Origin: Guillardia theta CCMP2712
Taxonomy: Eukaryota > Protista > Cryptophyta
Direction of reading: 5' to 3'
Length of the DNA stretch: 40,480 nucleotides
Assembly: GCF_000315625.1 (NCBI RefSeq)
Contig: NW_005434488.1
Span: 1 to 40,480 of the forward strand
The position numbers were made by a program, and so were the translations under genes. The notes beneath the pieces were generated by a model. It searched no databases. It was not told where the DNA came from and saw nothing but the letters and a program-made list of their open reading frames with translations. Shown one piece after another: positions 12,801-40,480 of this stretch. How positions within the stretch are numbered: the stretch's first letter is position 1; every line of letters starts with the position of its first letter.

Positions 12801-13382
12801 ACCGCAACTCACTTGTAACTTCACATGTCCCATTTCCACTCTCACATGTACTCAACCGAACCATTGATGATGTTCAAAGACAACATGTGAACGGCTCCAA
12901 ACGTGTGACTCTTTCAAACACAAATGTAAGCAAGCGAAGAACAACCGGCAACGAGCAACCGAGTCTGACGACCTTGCTGACCTTCTGCTATCCAGCACAT
13001 ACAAACATCTCATTGTGCTGCTGCTTCCTCTGCATCCCTCTCCCTCTCCACTTATCGACATCTGCTCCGCGCCTCGTTCCCCCCCTGCTCCTCCTCCTCC
13101 TGATCCGAAGGCAGGGATGCACTGACTGTCTGGGGAAGGCTGGAAACTTGAGTAAGGAATAGCTATGAGAAAGGGAGGGGAGAGGAGGGGAAAGAAGAGG
13201 AGGAGAGGAGAGGAAAACAGATGAATCTGAGAAGAGGAGGAGAGGGGAGAAGATTAAGATTTGCAGCAAACTCGATTACCTTGATGACTCCAGTGTCATT
13301 GCAAACGTCAAAAACACTGCAATCATGAATGAGAGAATTGCCAATGATGATAATCCTCCTTCTCGTTGTCCTCCATCCATAC

Positions 13383-13425
<43 letters not shown>

Positions 13426-16400
13426 TCCATCATCATCATCTCCATCATCATCGTCATCTCCATCATCATCGTCATCTCCATCATCGTAATTGTTATCATT
13501 ATCATTATCCACGTCATCATTATCATCATCACAAAATCGCAAAGATCGCCATCAACCACTTTCTCCTCCTTCTACATCTCACGTTAGAGTGCTATAGTGA
13601 TAGGAAAGGACGACAATTCTGGTAGGAATCGTTTCGTTGCCCTGCTGTAAAACCAGAGCAGAAGGAGCGGCAAGACAGGAGACCCGCTGGAGCTGCGGGA
13701 GCAGAAGTCGAATTTCACTCCACTGAGAGACGTTTGTGCTGCAGGTGAACAACATGTCAGGAAATAGGCGAAGAAGCGAGGAGGAGGAAGAGGAGGAGAG
13801 GGACGAGGGGCAACAAAGACAGTGAGGGAAAAAGGAAGGGAAAGAGAGGGAGAGGGAGGGAGGGAGGGAGGGAGAGAGAGCGAGAGAGAGAGCGAGAGAG
13901 AGAGCGAGAGAGAGGAGGAGGTGTGGTGGCGGTGGTGGTGGTGACCGGGATCCTTCTTCTTGGGACGAGGAACTGAAACAAGACGAATCAGTCAAGAAAT
14001 ACAGCGAGGAGGCTCAAGACAACAAGAACAACAGCCGAGCGAGCAAGTGACGAAGTAGGAACAAGATGGAACCAACACATACAAGCACACAGACACGCAA
14101 CAAGACAAAACTCTACAAGTTGAAACCGTTCGAAGTGAGAATCTAGAGATCTGTTTGTTCGTCTCACCTCGGAGATCTTGAAGTCTGAAAGTCGAAGGAT
14201 GCGACAAGTTGTTGATTATGTTGTCTTGTGACTGATACAATCTTAGAGGCTGCGGACAGCTCTTGTCCTCCAGATGTTTGTTTGAGCGAGTCCTTCTCAT
14301 TTGCAAGGTCTTGGAACTGAAATCCATTCCATCTGACAAGAAAAGACGTCAAAGACAATCAGAGGTCCATCAGACTTGAGAACTTGAAGCTTGATTGAAT
14401 CATTCTCGCCCCTCCCTCTCTTCTCTCTTTTGTTTCTCCTCCTCCTCCTCCTCTCCTCTCCTCCTTCTCTCCCCCTCTCTCTTCTCCTTCTCTCTTCCCC
14501 TCCTTCACCTGTAAAGTTTCGAGCATTTTCCGCTGATACTAAACAAGCTTGTCGAGCAGTTGGACTGCATGGCGACGGCAAGGAAAGGAACCGAGAGCAT
14601 GTCGACAAGCTGAACGTCTGAGACAGAAACGCCACCCAGCTGTTGGAAGACAGTGAAAGTCTGCAAGCTTTCATCCCATTGATAGAGAGTCAGGCCTCTA
14701 GTCTCTTCGAAGAATGTCAAGAAATGACGATCGATCATGTCATGAAGGATGAAATGAGCTACTCCATTGCTCGAAGACGTTGAGAACGTTTGTAGTGATG
14801 TAAGTGATATGCCTTGGTTTTCCCTTAACATCTACACCACATGTCAATCCTTGTGCTGTCGTCTTTGAGAGCAGATCGAACAACCTTCATCTCGAACAAT
14901 GTTGACTCCACTTCGGTTGACAGGCTTGAGAAACTGTACAAGACAGAGACTGCAAACATGCACTTTCCTTGTATCTCAAATCCCTGTATCCCTGAGATTG
15001 CTTTTTGTTCAAAGACCTTGGCAAGTATTGAGATGTCAGTGTATAAGATGAGAAGGACATGTAAGTACCATCTCATGTAGCTCAACCAACTCCAACACAT
15101 CAGGTTGTGTCTCATTCATCAGGAAAAACTTCACTGATCCATTGACCATCGCAAGAGCAACAATCTGTGATGTAGCATTCCCTTCCATGATTGTACATGA
15201 TGACCACTGTCGAGCGTTTGAAGACGAGACTTTCTGAACAACTTGTATGGTCACGTCCTCTGAACCATGAGAGATGCGGTAGACTAGCGATCTTGTGTCG
15301 ACCAAACCTTGCAGGCATGTCAGGACCTCAAGCTTGTCAAAGTAATGCTTACCATCAAGACGGTTGTCTGCGACAGCAACAAACAGATACGAGAACGCCG
15401 GCCTGCAATCAAAGTAAGAAAAGAGAAGTTGGGATAGTTCTTGGTGATTGTGCTGATGTAAGTCACCTGGCAATTTCTAACGCTGAGATGTATGGAAGGT
15501 CAAGAGGGAGAGGAGTTCGTTTGAAGTTCTACAGCAATATCATTATCATAAGCATGTAGTCGTAGAATTTGAAAGTTCAATCTTCTTACCCGCTCATCAA
15601 CTTTGCTCATGATGTAAGACTGCGTCTTGAACACAAACTTTGCGGGGATTCCTGAGAGAGCGTCAATCTTTGAACTGTCACAATCAGACGCATCAGACCG
15701 GACTGATACTCTTCTACACTCATAGCATTGGGATTCACAAGATAACTCATGAGATCAAACCCGCAATCCTTCCAGAAGCAAGATCGCTGGGCAAACAATG
15801 ATCATAAGAAAAAGCTGCTGGAACGACATTCTCTTTCTTGTTACCTGCCAGAGTGGTTTCCATGGAGAAGTTAGAGCATCTCTATCGTTCACGTTACTTG
15901 AACCTCTTCAACTATTTCATCAACCCGACAAACCTGAGCTCAACTGATAGGAAGACGCTCTTGTAGCCATGGTGCCACATCGGAGACACGCAGACAAGCT
16001 TGTTCGAAGAGAAATGAGAGACCTCACTGTACGAGATAACCTTCTCTGTTCGAGAGAAGACGAACGAGAAGCGACATCTCAATGATGTTGTTCTGATACA
16101 AGTATGTCACCCTCAGCCGATCACCGTCATTGAAAACTCACTGGGTGAACTGAAATTGTCCAAGAACCACAATCTCTGCTCCTCCCTCCACAGATCCTGA
16201 CAAGACGTTGGAGGAAGAGGAGGAGGAGGAGGAGGAGGAGGAGGAGGAGGAGGAGGAGGAGTTGGTGTCCAGCCTTGTCCAGTAGGAAGAGGAAGAGACA
16301 GGATGCGCAGTGAGATTGACGGAAGATGCTCCAGCGAGCTCAAGGAAGGAGGAGGAGATCTGCTGAGCCGAGAGGGGAGAGGAGAAAACTCGCAGCATTC

Positions 16401-19400
16401 TCATGCTCCCGACGTGGCTGAAGAATCTTCTAGAAGAAGAGTCGAAGAAGCTGCCGACGAGGAAGGGAACTGCAGGAGCAGCAGGGGGAGGATAGAGGAG
16501 AGGCACCAGCTTGTCGCAGCCTGCGATGAGTTGGATCAGTGAGGAGAAGACGAGAAGATGCAGATGTGGATGCATGTTGAGATGTACATGAAGATGTGGA
16601 TGTGGGTTGAGTTGTTGTTGTTGTTGATGATGATGATGTAGAATAAGAATTCACAAGGAAGAGAATGTTCACCTTGCGATCTGCAATCTCTCTCAACCCG
16701 CTCCTTGCCATTAACATACATTTTCAAACTGCAGCAAACGAGTCAGAGAAATCAGATGATACCATCTCCTTTCCACCTCGTGCCGTTGAATGTCGCTACT
16801 ACATGAATCCATTCCTCTAGTTTGCAGAGAGAAGTTGGACAGTCAAAGATCAGCTGAGAACATTCTTGTTAGTTTATGCACAACTGCACACAAAAGCAAC
16901 AAGACCTTAATAGGAGTCGATCGAGTTTGGATTGCAATATCAAAGAAGAATGAGATTTGAGGATTTCCTACTCATTTACCAGTTGTCAGTGTTGAAGGCA
17001 AATACAAGTCAACAGAGCACCAGTCTTGTCTGCTTCCACTGCGTATGACAACGTCCAACCGCTAAGACGAAGTTGTCAACAAAAAAAGACATTCATTTTC
17101 ATCCTTTTACCTTGCTGGCGGTCCCTGCGACTGACAGCTGACAATTCCAGCATATGAAACTTGGCGTGTGTTGATTGTGATCCACTGCAAGCTCATGAGA
17201 ATTACACCAGCAGCACGTTGTTGTTGCAACTCACAGTCTCGATAGAGAGGTTTGATCGTGGGAGAAAACCTTGCTGCGCAAGGCTCGCAACATCTCCTTT
17301 GGTTGCAAACCCGAAATGTTTTGCATCGTCAAACATGGCAACCTTGTTCTCTTGTCATGAAACTCGCATGAATCAGCAAACACGCACCTGCAACTCTCCG
17401 AAAGACATCATCGCGTTCAACAAGTTTGCAGATTCCGAGATGAAAGATGAAGAGGATGGATCGATAGCAAACAGATCGAAAGTCTTCCTCCGCTGAAACT
17501 GATTGCTTCCACTCCAATCTCGCTGATCAGCAAACACGTTCGGCTCCCAAGAGTTGTTGAATTTCGGCGGCAGGAGGGAGAGAAGTGAAAAGTCCCACCA
17601 TGCTGCTGTCTCGTTCCAGAGAAGCTGTTTGAGCATAATCAGCAGAAGATGAAAAGTAGTCAAAAGATTGAGTCAAAGAGGAGGTGGAATTTTCAGGGAG
17701 AGTTAGGAAGAGTAGAAATCGCTAGAGATGGTGAGGGAGAGAGGGACGGAGGCAGAGGATTGAAGCAAGAGGGTGAGTAAAGCAGTGATGGGGAGAAAGA
17801 GACGATGATGAGGTGGGGTGAAGAAGAAATTGTACTGACCTCTGGTGGTGAAGTTCGAAGTTTTCTGCAAGCAGCAGCAGAGGACTTGAAAAGAATGTAA
17901 AACAACAAACGTACAATTCAAGAGAGGATTGAGATTACCTGGTCAACACATTGCGAAGTTGACGGGCGATCAAGGAGCAGGGCATATCGATCGTTAAGAA
18001 AGTCGATGTACAACGACATCTTCTCACAGCTGTGAAACAATATTTCAACAGAGAGAAAGAAGTTGAGAAAAGGCGATGAGAAAGGGAGTATACGACAGTG
18101 TGAGGAGAATGCCAAGATTGTTGATGGCAAATGAAGAAGAATCGAACTCAGGGATGAGAGAATGATGAGGAGAACAAAACAACAACACCAAAATTATTGA
18201 CAACTTTCTATCATGAACAAAATAACAAGTTGGGGAAACACAAAGTTTCCAACTCACCCAGTAAGGGCGATGAAAGTTGTGTTGGAAGCATTTCCTTGCA
18301 AGACGGGGAGAGCGTCGCAAACTGAAGACATTACAAAGACTTCCCGACCTGTCGCCTGAACGTCTTCCTGGATACAACTTGATGCTCCGGTCAACCAGTA
18401 AGATACCAGCCGAATCCTTTGCTGCAAAGATACATCATAGTTGTTTCATCACATCTTACAATCATATCTTTCTCTCTTTCTATCCTCCAACTCCCTCGCT
18501 CTTCCCCCTTCCTCATGCCCTACCAATGACAGCGTTACCCTCTCCCTTTAGTCTTTCTTCAATCTCTCCCACTCTTCCTCCCCTTCATCGTCCTTTCTCT
18601 TTCTCCCTCCAGCACCTCATCATGTCGGAAACGATCGATGAAAGTCGTGGGATCGTGCGTATAACTGACGATCGAGTCTGACGAGAACTCGGCAGCGAAC
18701 CAGAACTTGCGATCTTTGAACGTCTCAAACGCTGAGGTGAGAAATCAGAGACGAGGTGAGAAATGTCTGACGTGCTACCACTGGTGAATGTCAGCCGGTT
18801 GTCAATCAGCGCTCTATCCTCAGTTACATTCTCGAGGCGAAACGTTGTAGCGTCCTTCGTGAAAGTCACAAGAGCGAGAAGAGGAGAGAGAGCAGCAGCA
18901 GCAGCAGCGACGAAAGAACAAGAGGGGAAGGAAGGGAGTGAGTGGCGAAAAGGAGGAAACAGAAGAAGAGGGAGAGGGAGAGGGAGAGAGAGAGGTAGAG
19001 GTAGAGGTAGAGGTAGAGGGAGAGGAAGAGGAAGAGGAAGAGGTTACATTCTCAGGAATCAGGAAGGTAGTTCCAGCTTGAAGGTGGTTCTTCAGTGGAC
19101 TGACTGCTGAAAGAAAACGATCCACTACCGTCTTGCCGTTTGACAGATAGACTGTCGCACTGTTGACAAACATATCATACAAGGAAAGAAAACACAACCC
19201 GACACAATACAACGGGGAAAAGAACTCCACAGCATCATCTCAATCGTTACCTTCCGATCAACTGCTCCTTTATCAGAACGCTCTCTGCCTTCTCCGAACA
19301 ATCTCCGTTTGTCAAGTTCGACGGGCCCATGAACTGAGAGCAGGATGGAAAAATATCATACTCCAAGAACACCTTGAGGAATGATTTGCGCCATCCGCTC

Positions 19401-20296
19401 GCCGAGATTTCTTCCCATTCAAAGCTCTTTGCACACGATTACAACCTTGAGAACAAGAGGAAGATTGTCACCTCAATCTTGAAGGTCAGGACTGGAGATG
19501 TCGAAGAGCGGAACAAGGCAGAAGTAACATCAAACGAGGGAGCAAGAAACCAGCGTTGCTCCTGCTCCTCAAAGAACACCTTCATCTTCCCTCCCTCCTG
19601 CTCCCAGTACGCTACTCCCCCGTACTCCCCCCCGCTTCTCTTGTACGTCCCCCGTGCCCCCTCGAACTCGCCCACGTTCCCAAACGTACACGGAGCCGAG
19701 CACGAGACCTGGTAGACGCTAGACAGGCTTTCAGCCGATCCAAGAGGAGGACAGGAGCAGGGAGCTGACGGGTCGATGCAAGCCGCACGGTACGCCATCA
19801 CAAACCCCGGCCTCTTCCCTCCCTCCTCTACCTTGATCTCCATCCTCCTTGGCTCCTCTCCCTGATTGCTCTGCAGCGTCACTCCCGACGACCCTGCCGC
19901 CCCCTCCCGCGCGGTGAAGTAGAGCATGCTCGTGCTCTGGCTCATGTCCAGCCATGGCGGGACGGCGAAGAGGAGCGGGTTGTCCCAGGTGAGGTAGTCG
20001 CCGACCTGAGCTGGAGTCTGCATCTGGCAGAGGAAGGAGAGGTTTCCAGCGGAGAGGCAGGGGAGCTGGGAGGCAGTGGAGGGGAAAGTGATCGATGCTG
20101 TGGTTGCAAGTTTGCACGGGATGCCGTCAGAGGAGTTTGACCATGAGCATACGTCGAGCTGATTCGAGCATGTTGTACTGTTACATGCTTGACTGCCTGT
20201 CGGACATGTTGCTTGGCCATCGCTGACAGCAGCGACTATGAGAAAAAAGAAGAGCAGAACCTCAGTACAAATCATCGTGTCTGAGTTCAGAGCCAT
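2435..20296 (-). CDS. Gene A: giant multi-exon secreted/extracellular protein (signal peptide, cadherin-like, LamG, IPT/TIG, EAR/EPTP-like repeats, Cys-rich, cadherin-like repeats, IPT/TIG, C-terminal beta-propeller)
   Basis: Start ATG at 20296 or 20275 with signal peptide (MICTEVLLFFFLIVAAVSDG). Dozens of GT-AG-bounded exons follow, and their translations are collinear with gene B. The last exon, 2516-2435, ends ...SPIGTVSSILML*. No C-terminal transmembrane segment was seen. Not every exon was traced. Confidence 0.8.
2538..2694. repeat. Intronic ~21-24-bp minisatellite GGTAGGCATAG(A/G)AGAGGAGG in the last intron of gene A
   Basis: Directly visible. Confidence 0.9.
4500..4900 (-). other. Gene A second IPT/TIG-like domain
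   Basis: GSLTINGVNFS...VKVFVGQTACPRLLVLSDT...SPVKVQVVEI fits the IPT/TIG pattern and is homologous to gene B 39570-40160. Confidence 0.6.
4990..8110 (-). other. Gene A cadherin-like/Ig-like repeat region
   Basis: LSVNNPPDFALASHVLDVKES; LQLLPNVNGVCNLSIVALDNGNSTLLGSNRSIAQTLTLRV; VFRLNGNVYG. These carry the VNxxPxF and DxG motifs typical of cadherin-like repeats. Confidence 0.6.
5945..6364. repeat. 27-bp tandem minisatellite (about 15 copies) AGCAGAGCAAGTGAGATACAAGACAGA filling a gene A intron (5943-6397)
   Basis: Directly visible; flanked by a minus-strand gtaata donor and an ..ctcag acceptor. Confidence 0.92.
9174..9324. repeat. 13-bp tandem repeat ACATGACATCTCA, intronic
   Basis: Directly visible. 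Confidence 0.9.
9796..9900. repeat. (CCTCGT)n microsatellite
   Basis: Directly visible. Confidence 0.95.
10290..10780 (-). other. Gene A Cys-rich module
   Basis: WGGCTSYLPG|GSNEGFCSTDAVCSICSLSCSVECSVNAACEF, homologous to gene B 32690-33030. Confidence 0.65.
11330..11431. repeat. (GGAGA)n microsatellite, intronic
   Basis: Directly visible. Confidence 0.95.
11460..15400 (-). other. Gene A EAR/EPTP-like beta-propeller repeats
   Basis: NVYTWNVSTSRFHHHQSL..LLLAVAF..SSVVYSWEQGVGFVVLQPLSSLRALSVAHLQVNESRHFLVLA; LTLYQWDESLQTFTVFQQLGGVSVSDVQLVDMLSVPFLAVA. These match the EAR consensus (S.IY.W....F...Q.I.......F.....FL.VA) by eye. Confidence 0.65.
13384..13531. repeat. (CAT)n microsatellite, intronic
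   Basis: Directly visible. Confidence 0.95.
15930..16200 (-). other. Gene A first IPT/TIG-like domain
   Basis: GSVEGGAEIVVLGQF..RCRFSF..SSNKLVCVSPMW, homologous to gene B FRCRFSY..NNLLTCNAPTW. Confidence 0.55.
16330..17340 (-). other. Gene A LamG / concanavalin A-like domain
   Basis: SNLSIET..GWTLSY..EEWIHVVATFNG..KMYVNG..PFLVGS..HVGSMRMLRVFSSPLSAQQI, the hallmark Laminin_G_3/pentraxin-like motif series. Confidence 0.75.
19549..20106 (-). repeat. Left arm of ~555-bp inverted repeat (coding, exon 1 of gene A)
   Basis: The reverse complement aligns to 21556-22110. Apart from a short mismatch/indel near the start and the ~52-bp divergent island, manual alignment found only 8 substitutions. 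Confidence 0.95.
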
Positions 20297-20639
20297 GATG
20301 ATTGTGAGCTTCTCTTTTCCCGTCAATCTCCAGTCGGTTTTGTTGACAGCTCCTTCATCTGATTGAGCATGTTTCAGTAATTGGCTTTGTTTTCTGCAAA
20401 CCTATCTTCTGACATTGAACCCATCGTATTCCTACTCGAAGCACCTCCATATCTCACCCAACAGTCTAAAGCTACCCGAGTTCTCTCCTTCCACTATTGT
20501 CCTGTACTACTCGGTTCTGTTCAGCTCGTTCCTGTACCATCATTCCTGTGCTGCTCATTCCTGGCTTGTCCTTCCCTTTCCTACGAGCTCCTTCACTACC
20601 ACTCGATGCTTCATCGCATTTTGACAAGTCACCCTCGTC

Positions 20640-21040
20640 CCCACACAGACTCTTTGTACCCCACCACTAAAACTCGTGTCAGAATCTCCATGCACCCCCA
20701 AAGTTGTTTAAAACTACCGGGTCCTTTATGCATACACAAGTACCCCTAGAAGATTACTACCCCATTCTTTCTATCGAGTCCTCCTCAGTCATGTACCCAC
20801 CTTCCCTTTATCTCAAGGTACCCCATTTTCACTAGTATTTAGTAGGGGTAGTCAACCACTTTGAATCATGTGAGGTTGTGGTGGGTCCTGCGGCTTTTCG
20901 GATGGATAGGCGGGTCATTACCAGATATATTAGTCAAGTACTTAATATTTATAGTCAACTAGTATATTTCCAAATAGAGTGAAAATAAAATATGATGAAT
21001 GAGGGGGGTGGGTGGTAGGAGTGTTTCAGGGGTGAGGGTG
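20640..21040. promoter_or_regulatory. Putative bidirectional promoter core between genes A and B
   Basis: AT-richer than its flanks. TACCC(C) motifs at ~20657, 20741, 20758, 20794 and 20819 switch to GGGGT/GGGTG motifs from 20845 onward. It lies centrally between the divergent ATGs. Confidence 0.6.
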
Positions 21041-21354
21041 ATTAGCGGTCAATCGATGCCGAGTATGCTAAAATGCTGCCGGTAGGACGATCCAATGAAG
21101 TTTGAGTGCGTTGACATGATGATGTACGATGAAGACTTCTGGTGTTGATATCACGAAGATAAACTGCGTTGCTATCATGATATACGATGAAGACATCTTC
21201 GTGAGACATGTTGACTCATCAAGTGATTGTTTCTTGTTGAAACCATGCGATCACGATCTTGATTTTGATTTCATCATTATGCTCTCTGATCTCAGTGCAG
21301 GATGAAGAATGTTGACGACATCATCGAACTGAGACAAGAAAGGCTGACAGTCTG

Positions 21355-21431
21355 ACCCTCGTCAAGGGTGCGTCCCTACACTCTGACCCTTGTCAAGGGT
21401 GTGTACCTACAGTTCGACCCTTGTCGAGGGT
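21355..21431 (+). repeat. Three copies of a 15-bp palindrome ACCCTTG-T-CAAGGGT at 31-bp period, just 5' of the gene B ATG
   Basis: accctcgtcaagggt 21355-21369, acccttgtcaagggt 21386-21400, acccttgtcgagggt 21417-21431. Confidence 0.9.
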
Positions 21432-21443
21432 GTATACCTACCG

Positions 21444-40480
<19,037 letters not shown>

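Noticed and set aside
8378-13270. Separate internal genes within the gene A span (e.g. hydrophobic MSPLAPGSPLLFLHC..)
   Set aside because: These stretches are intronic read-through. Flanking exons stay collinear with gene B, supporting one continuous gene.
21355-21431. Mini CRISPR array (palindromic repeats with spacers)
   Set aside because: The 16-bp spacers resemble each other (gcgtccctacactctg / gtgtacctacagttcg), the repeats are only 15 bp, the context is eukaryotic and there are no cas genes. It is a tandem triplication.

Overview
Eukaryotic nuclear DNA: intron-rich, with many short GT-AG introns, many of them swollen by microsatellites. The style suggests a cryptophyte alga such as Guillardia theta (inference, not verified). 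The window is dominated by two giant, collinear, head-to-head paralogous genes for secreted or cell-surface proteins: gene A (minus strand, ~20296 to 2435, apparently complete) and gene B (plus strand, 21444 to beyond the window end). Inferred shared architecture: signal peptide, cadherin/Ig-like module, LamG/ConA-like domain, IPT/TIG-like domain, EAR/EPTP-like propeller repeats, a Cys-rich module, cadherin-like repeats, a second IPT/TIG, and (seen only in A) a C-terminal beta-propeller. The paralogs are strongly diverged almost everywhere. The exception is a ~555-bp stretch of their first exons, which is nearly identical at the DNA level. It forms a long inverted repeat around a 1.45-kb spacer holding the bidirectional promoter and both signal peptides, and a ~52-bp divergent island interrupts it. 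The spacer carries orientation-switching TACCCC/GGGGT motifs and three phased palindromes just upstream of gene B. Also present: a 4-exon 79-aa microprotein gene (1765-2226, +) absent from the ORF track, the first exon of another minus-strand gene at the left edge, a telo-box, many tandem repeats and two N gaps. Most entries in the ORF track are microsatellite artefacts. Domain calls were made by eye from motifs; exon and domain coordinates are approximate unless stated.
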